Assembly: GCA_964016885.1 (NCBI GenBank)
Contig: OZ024741.1
Span: 148,986,001 to 149,050,000, forward strand
Length of the DNA: 64,000 bases
DNA from: Eledone cirrhosa
Lineage: Eukaryota
Direction: 5' to 3'
In this document: one piece after another, positions 57,301 to 64,000 of the stretch
Layout: each line of letters starts with the position of its first letter
Numbering within the stretch: the stretch's first letter is position 1
Program-made: the position numbers and the translations under genes
Notes under the pieces: model-generated
Databases searched by the model: none
Told to the model about the DNA's origin: nothing
The model's input: the letters and a program-made list of their open reading frames with translations, nothing else

Positions 57301-57700
57301 CATTGTTCTATTTAGGACTAGTCTAAGTTTAATGATTCTCGCGATCACTCTATTTATGGAGATTACCTTATCTACCCATTTATCAGTCCATTGTCATTTC
57401 CCACCCAGAAGAATTTGTAGCACTGTTTTTTGCCTACAAGGAGTCTAGCTGACTCTCTTCTCTATCTACTCCCTTGCACACAACATACATCAATTCTCTT
57501 CTATTCTAGCATCTCTGCAATCTCTCCTGTTCTTCCTTTCATTGTGCTCACGTTGATGGTACGGATTCGGAAATTTGAGTATTTGTCATCAGTGGTAGAT
57601 GTGTAGGATGGGGGTGGGTGTATGTTTTCTGTATCTGAAGAGAGGAAGGTTCGCATGGTTGTCTGGAAACGCTTTGATTCATATTTATATTCAAGGTTGC
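54390..57700 (-). mobile_element. Older RTE LINE copy, same family as 48848-53773
   Basis: Colinear APE and RT motifs with many stops. Confidence 0.92.
56301..56349 (-). mobile_element. 5'-truncated SINE with 16-bp TSD inside the RTE
   Basis: TSD actaatctttaataat at 56285-56300 and 56350-56365. Confidence 0.88.
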
Positions 57701-58518
57701 TTCTTCATTCCATTTCATTTCAGCCTGTCTATAATAAACAAAGATCTCCAAGGACAGAAAGGGTAGTAGACGCTATTGCCACAGATATTGGGGGGACTTT
57801 TGTATTGCTGTGGTTTGATTAGTCTAAGAGGATACGGTGGTGTGAGGGTGCAGGAAGGTGGGGAATATGGATGTCAGTGAATGGGTTGGTGTTTATATTC
57901 TCCATGGAATAAATATTTGGGAGAGGGAAGAAAGCATGGATTAAATATATGGGGGGAGAGTTTGTAGAATTATAGACAAAGAAAGGACTGAGTCCTGGCG
58001 AAAATAGCTATTGTTAAATACGATACATAGCAAGAGAAGAAGGAAGCGAGATAAAACAGTATTATAGAAAGTAAATAAAATATGTGAGAGGGTAAAGCTG
58101 TTGTTTACATAAATTATGAATTAAGAAGAATTCATAAAATTATAGACAAACTATATTGAATGGAGATTTGGAGTTAAGGGATTTTACATACGTACGTATA
58201 GGGTTTTGGCAGTGTGCAGTAGCAAAATGAATGAGATTGGTTAGCTTTGGTTGAAACTCTAGTTGATTAAGAAGGTGAGTGAGGAGAGAAGGGAAGGGGT
58301 AGCATGGCGAGGGAAGAAGGGAGTGAGTCTTGGTGAAAATAGCCATTATTAAATACAATACATAGCAAAAGAAGAAGGTAGGGAGATGAAACCGTATTAT
58401 ATACATTTATGTATGTAAAATGTAAACAGAAATAACAAAACAAACGGCACAGTACATGGAAAGAATATATTAGTTTAACACTTGAAATAGCAGCAAGAGA
58501 GTCTTATATATATATATA

Positions 58519-58705
58519 TAGGAAAATGTTAGACCCCGACGGCAGAACTCAAGCCGTTTCTGGACTCCAGAAATAGCCGTCGAAACGGCTTGAGCTCTGC
58601 CGTCGGGGTCTCACATTTTCTTATTACCCACTCTACTACCCTAAGTATTGAGTACTCTGGTGCGTTATGGTCCACCTGGTTCCTTACCACACCTCCTTCG
58701 TTATA
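58519..58705 (+). mobile_element. Second fold-back cassette of the 4737-4932 family, carrying a hammerhead 3' half (GUC)
   Basis: Arms 58519-58560 and 58582-58623. GAAA cggc-ttgagctct-gccg TC ggggtct. Confidence 0.88.
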
Positions 58706-58899
58706 TATTGCAATTCAATTGAAGCACTCAATGTACTTTTTTTACACAGGAATGACGGAGTATATTTAGAATAAGAAACTACTTCGCATTTTCTTATTCT
58801 ATATATGTACAAAGCGAAACCTACAGTCAGTAGGCACTTCTATCAAAATACACCCCCGTCCCACTACCCCCACCCCACCCACACCACCCCTTCCAATGT

Positions 58900-59170
58900 A
58901 AAGTTATGTTGGTACCACAGCATCCAGTCCGAAACAAATAAGGGCGTGTAGGTGTCACAACAAAAAAACACACAGTCCACGCTGTAATGTGGCCGTGTAG
59001 GTAACACGGTAAAAACCTCCCAGTCCACACTGTAAACGTGGTTGGTGTTAGGAAGGGCATTCAGCCGTAGAAAACCCACCAGACTCCAATCTTGCCTCAA
59101 GTGGGAAAATTCCCATCCAAACCCATGCTAGCGTGGAAGATGGACATTAAACGATGATGATGATGATGAT
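58900..59170 (+). mobile_element. RTE 3' UTR / RTE-tailed SINE with (TGA)n tail
   Basis: ttaggaagggcattcagccgtagaa...aacccatgctagcgtggaa...(tga)n. Confidence 0.8.
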
Positions 59171-59189
59171 ATATATATATATATATATA

Positions 59190-61597
59190 GTTGAGACAGT
59201 AAACAAAAAACAGAAAAACAACGTGGAAGCGAAGAGACAGTACAAATGTTAATATTAGATTCACGCTTGAGAGTGGGAGGTGGGGGGCCGACGTTTCGGG
59301 CATAAGTCCTTCATCAGGAGAAAAGTGGGCAGGAAAAGAGTTCCGAGAGTGTGAGGGGGAGTGGTGGAAAGACATTAAAAAGAGGGGGGAGAGAAAAGAG
59401 AGGAAAAAAATTTTAGTGGGTAAAAAAAATTAAAATGAAACAAGTGGTGAAAGGGTGTGAGGAGTGTAGGGTTGGTGGTGGGTTGAGGGGTGGAGATGGT
59501 AGAGGGAGAGGGAGACGGGGGGTTCTGAGTGGGGAAGGCTGAAGATGGTGTGTGTGTATGTGTGTAGGTGTACGTGTGTGTGTGTGTGGATGTGAATGTG
59601 AGAGTTGGGGGAAGAACGAGGTTCCATGTTCGGGTAATAGGGAAACCGGGGTGGGGGAGAGGGGGCGTGTGGAGTCCGGAGGCTGAGTGTGTGTGTGTTT
59701 TTGTGTGGTGTGGGTGTATGGTTGCATGGTGCGAAAATAGTGTAAGTGTTTGTGTGTGTGTGTTCCTGGGTGATATTCCACGGACTATAAGACCGGATGT
59801 TGTAGAATCCGAGTGTGGAAAGGTCAATTGCTGGAGCGGTGAACCGGTGATGTAAAATCCTGGTATGGTGGTGAGGAAGTGAAGAGTTGTGGGGTGCGCG
59901 CGCAACAGGAAGTGGTCAGAGAGTCAAGGCAGGGCGAAGGAGGTAAGAGGAAGGAGATAGCAGTAGGAAGGTGCCAGCAGGCAGAGTAGTAACAGGTATA
60001 GAGATGGTCTGTATGTGGTGTGGAATGTGTGTGTGTGTGGGGGCGGGGGTGCGGTGGACAGGGGAGGGGGTGCGTATTTGAGAAAGGTTGAGAGAGAGAG
60101 GGTCGTGGGGGGTATATTAGTGGCCGTGTTAGTGGGATATGTGTGTGTGGGGGTGTTGGTAGTGTGGGGAGCGAGAGAGTGAGAGAGAGGGTGCTGGGGA
60201 CAGTCGGAGTGAGTGTAATGTACTGGTGTGTGTGTGTGCGTGTTTGGATATGAGCGTGTGTGTGGTAGAGTGGGTGTTAGTATGGCTGATGGTGGGGGAG
60301 GGGTTGAATGCGGGTGTGTTAGTGGGGGTTTGTGGTAGTAGTGTGAGAGTGGAGTAGGTGGTGTATCGGAGTGTACGTGGGTGTAGGTGAGTGTATGTGT
60401 ATTCGTGTGTAGTGAGGGGGAAGGTGGGTTGGGGGATGTTTAGTATTATTAGTGGTGGGGTGGTCAGATGTAGATGTGTGGGTGGGGGTTAGTGATGGTA
60501 GTAGGGTGTGTGAATGGTGTGAGTGTATATATGTACTGGTGACTGTGTTGAGGGTGTGGGTGCGCGTGTGATAGGGGGAGGGGTGGGGTGTTAGTATTAT
60601 TAGTTGTGGGGTGGGTCAAGGGGTGGGAGGAGGGCTGGGAGTGGAGGGGATGGTGAAACTAGGGAGTGTGTTAGTGGTGTTAGTAGGGTGTGTGTGTGTG
60701 TGTGGGGGATGACGGTCGAAGGCTAAAAGAAGAGAGGTGGGGAATTCAGGCCGAGAGGTGTGTGGGTCTGTAGGGTGAAGATGGTGTGTTGCTCGACCGT
60801 GAGGTGGGTGGCGGGGTCCCATGGCATTGGATCAGGCCACAGACGGTGAGGTGGAGAGCGGGGTGTCCCGGGGAACCAAAGTGGAGGGCGATGAGGGAAC
60901 TCCTGCCGAGACGAATATCTCGGAGGTGCTCCGTGAATCGATCCGCCAGGCGACGTCCAGTCTGTCCGACATAACGTAGTCCATAGACGAGGTTGGAGGA
61001 GGTGCAGCGGAAGGCATGCCGTACAGAGAGAGAGAGTGGCTGTTGGAACCCTGGAAGGTGATGGTGTTGGTGATGTGGGAGAAGGTGTGGCAGCGAGGTC
61101 TGGAGCAGAGGAAGGAACCGGGGGGTGAGCTGCAGACGAGGAGGGATCGGAGATTGCGCGCGCGTTTGAAGGAGAAGAGGGGTGGTGATGGGAAGATGGG
61201 GGAGGTGGAGGGGTCGAACTGGAGGGGTGGTAGGTGAGGGGAAGGGGAGACGATAGGTCGGGGTGCGGGGGCATGTGGTAAAGGCGGTGGAGCGGTGGAC
61301 AGCCCGGGCGCGAGTGAAGGCGGCGTGGACGAGGAAGGGGTGTAAGCTCTCCGGATGGAATGGCTGACCAGAGACAGGGAAGTGGAAGGAGGAGTGGAAG
61401 GAGCAGAAGAAGGAGAGAAAGGAGTCGAGCTGTTCTCGGGTGAGGGTCGTGGCTCCGATGCAGTCGTCGATGTAACGACCGTACAGTTTGGGCGTGGGGC
61501 CGGTGTATTGGGCAAAGATTTGGGCCTCAACATGGCCAACGAAAAGGTTGGCATAGTTGGGGCCCATTCTTGTGCCCATGGTTACTCCAGGGACCTG
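59190..61597 (-). mobile_element. Second Neptune-type PLE copy, more deleted
   Basis: MGTRMGPNYANLFVGHVEAQIF...YIDDCIG and YVGQTGRRLADRFTEH. Its UTR is homologous to 40680-42310. Confidence 0.9.
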
Positions 61598-61599
61598 CT

Positions 61600-62413
61600 C
61601 GGACTCGTTTAGCATAGTGCTAACCTATGGCCTCCAAATACCTGATACTCAAAAACTCAGCGATGTCCAGTAGTGCTAAGTTTAATGATTGCAGACTTGG
61701 TACGAGTGATGAAGAACGTGTCCCGCATGTGCGATCCAACTGAAATGGAAAGACACATCCAACACTTCATCAACCGCATGCAGCTCTCTGGCTACAACCA
61801 AAGAGACAGAATCAGAGTATACAAAGGAGCCACGGAGAAGTATAAGACCCTCATAGAAATGGACATGAAAGGAATTTGGCCATTATACCGGAGCAAATCA
61901 TGGAATAGCTTAGATAGGACTAAACATAAGATAAGGAAAGCCACCTCGTGGCACGACAACCAGAGATACCACTGTACTAATAAGAAATGTGTTATACATA
62001 AAGTGAACCCCCAGATAAACTGTAAAACTAAAAATGTAGTCTATAGCATAAGATATACAGAGGGTACTTGCAAAAACATGACAACAACATACATAGGTGA
62101 GAGAGCTCGAAGCATAGGAGAAAGAATAGACCAACACTGGGGGGAATTAAAAGGACAAAAACATGGTTCAGTACTATACGAACATGCTAGACAAAGACAT
62201 GACGGTAATATAGACAACATGGAAATTAAAATAATATCTAAACATAGAAATGACCCAACAGGTAGGCAAATCAGAGAAGCGAGCGAAATAGAGCTTAGAA
62301 AACCAAAGTTAAACAGGAAAAAACGAATGTTTCGCAGTATTAGTTATAGATGTTATCGCCGGTTTAGCAGGGTGGTAGAATCAGTGGTCGTTAGTTGCCA
62401 GTGTGGTAAGTGA
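61600..62413 (+). mobile_element. Fragment of a third PLE type (RT thumb + GIY-YIG)
   Basis: FINRMQLSGY, NCKTKNVVYSIRY...TYIGERARSIGERIDQHW...SVLYEHA...RQIREASEI...LNRK. Confidence 0.82.
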
Positions 62414-62934
62414 TAGTATCCTCGTTGGATTATCTTGTTGACATAGACGTGAGGGAAGGTCCCTCGATCTATTTACCATCTATTTACAATATTCCTTTCG
62501 TCAGGTCGCCAATTCCAGTAGCATGGATTAAAGATGTTATTGAGACACGAGTAACATAACAACGACTTCAACCGCAGTAATTAGAGATGAAATGTTTGTT
62601 TATTTATATGGTTGAAGTTACAGATACAAAGAGGTTACAAAATGGAATGTGCCATTGCGCCGTTAAGCCGGCGAGGCTAGTGGTGCAATATCTCACTGTT
62701 ACATTATGCGTGTTGCTGGCTCGAAGTTTCTGGTACAAGCTAGAGATTCTTCAAATCTTCGCGGGGAATTTCTTCCTCAGGGCGCGTAGGGATACATCCT
62801 CTTCTACTGGCGCTGATTGGCTGAACTGAGCCAAATCACGCACAGAGAATGTATGTGAGCCCGTGGAATGTAGGTCACTACAAATGGAATAACAACAACC
62901 ATACCCAAACAAAAATACTGACTTAAGAGAAATA

Positions 62935-62973
<39 letters not shown>

Positions 62974-63499
62974 ATATATACACAAGTACAATAACAACAA
63001 ACACATATAAACACACACTAGTACATAAAGGTAGAATACAAAAACCAAAACACATTCACTCAAATGCGAACACACATACCAAACATTATACACACACGCA
63101 AACGCATGCGCAGAGACGGAGACAAAAATAAATATATAAATAAATAAAATAAAAATGGCGTGAACATTACAATACAACACAATAGGAGGGAACATGATAA
63201 TAGTACCACTGATGATGTTGCAAAAGAACTTTGTTAGAGTATATATATATATTTATATCTGTATTTTTAACCGATAGTCAGTCAATGATAAACATTGATT
63301 GCCAAATAAATTAACTATGGAGATATAAAATATGCAGAGGCGAAAACCAACCAAACAGTGAATGTGTTATGTTATTATTTCTGGCAATGTTAACACTATG
63401 ACCCTCCCCAAGTATAACAATATATATATATATATATATTATAAAATAACAGGAAGCTGAACTGGTGTAATTCCTTAAAGGTTTATTATACTATGAACA

Positions 63500-63687
63500 A
63501 GGGCGGTGGATTGGCAGTATCGGTAGACGGTCAGACGCCATGCTTTGGCGTATAGAGTTACGGCCCTTGCCATTCTCAGTTCAAATCCCGCCGAAGTTAA
63601 CCTTGCCTTTCATCTTTACGGGGTCGATAAAATAAAATACCAGTAATGCACTGGATTTTTGCTGCCCTTGTGCCAAAAGTAGAAACA
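63500..63687 (+). mobile_element. Full-length tRNA-SINE with 15-bp TSD
   Basis: TSD attatactatgaaca at 63485-63499 and 63688-63702. Confidence 0.92.
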
Positions 63688-63690
63688 ATT

Positions 63691-63748
63691 ATACTATGAA
63701 CATTTCAATGACCGGGTTCAGTATGAATCCGGTGACATCGTCAGGTAT
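63691..63748 (-). ncRNA. Type I hammerhead (AUA), homolog of 35209-35266
   Basis: atac CTGACGA tgtcaccggattc-atact-gaacccggtcatt GAAA t-gttc-a TA gtat. Confidence 0.8.
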
Positions 63749-64000
63749 TCGAATTTTAAGAAAGGAAGTTGAAAAGGCAGAGACAAAAAGGCGACCACAC
63801 ATTTAGCAGTTTTTAGTTCGGTCGGCCACCTTCAAATGACGACTACCAATTCTTCTTATGTCTTTCTGGTGAAGAGGCGTAAGCTTATAGTGTACTACTA
63901 CCACTCCGTCATGGACAGAGGCTAGCAGTGGGATCAGGTTACATTGAAGTTGGTCAGAAGTGATAAAAGTACTAAGAAGTATATTTTTTCAAAAAACATA

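Noticed and set aside
57988-58402. ~80-bp diverged direct repeat (57988-58070 / 58325-58402) as LTRs
   Set aside because: There are no TG..CA ends, TSD, PBS or PPT. It is likely an old local duplication.
59288-59320. Active hammerhead in the second Neptune copy
   Set aside because: The cleavage triplet reads GGC and stem II has a mismatch, so it is counted as degenerate.

Overview
This is a eukaryotic, AT-rich, repeat-dominated window. The tRNA-SINE and RTE families look cephalopod/octopus-like, which is an inference. It holds one clear host gene, a class A GPCR with an uninterrupted CDS (27697-28854). Around it lie Penelope-like retroelements (PLEs, RT + C-terminal GIY-YIG) of at least three types, RTE, CR1 and CRE-like LINE remnants, a decayed Gypsy element, Helitrons, tRNA-SINEs and multi-kb (TA)n tracts. 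The most striking signal, invisible in the ORF track, is about 14 complete and several partial type I hammerhead ribozyme motifs (CUGANGA...GAAA...NUH with paired stems). They belong to roughly ten unrelated sequence families. Most sit in short non-coding cassettes embedded in (TA)n, and several form head-to-head fold-back palindromes that turn inside the ribozyme's own hairpins. A second oddity is a 1.6-kb non-coding LTR element whose two LTRs are near-identical in U3-R but differ in U5, with no visible PBS. All structures were folded by eye; no database search was run.
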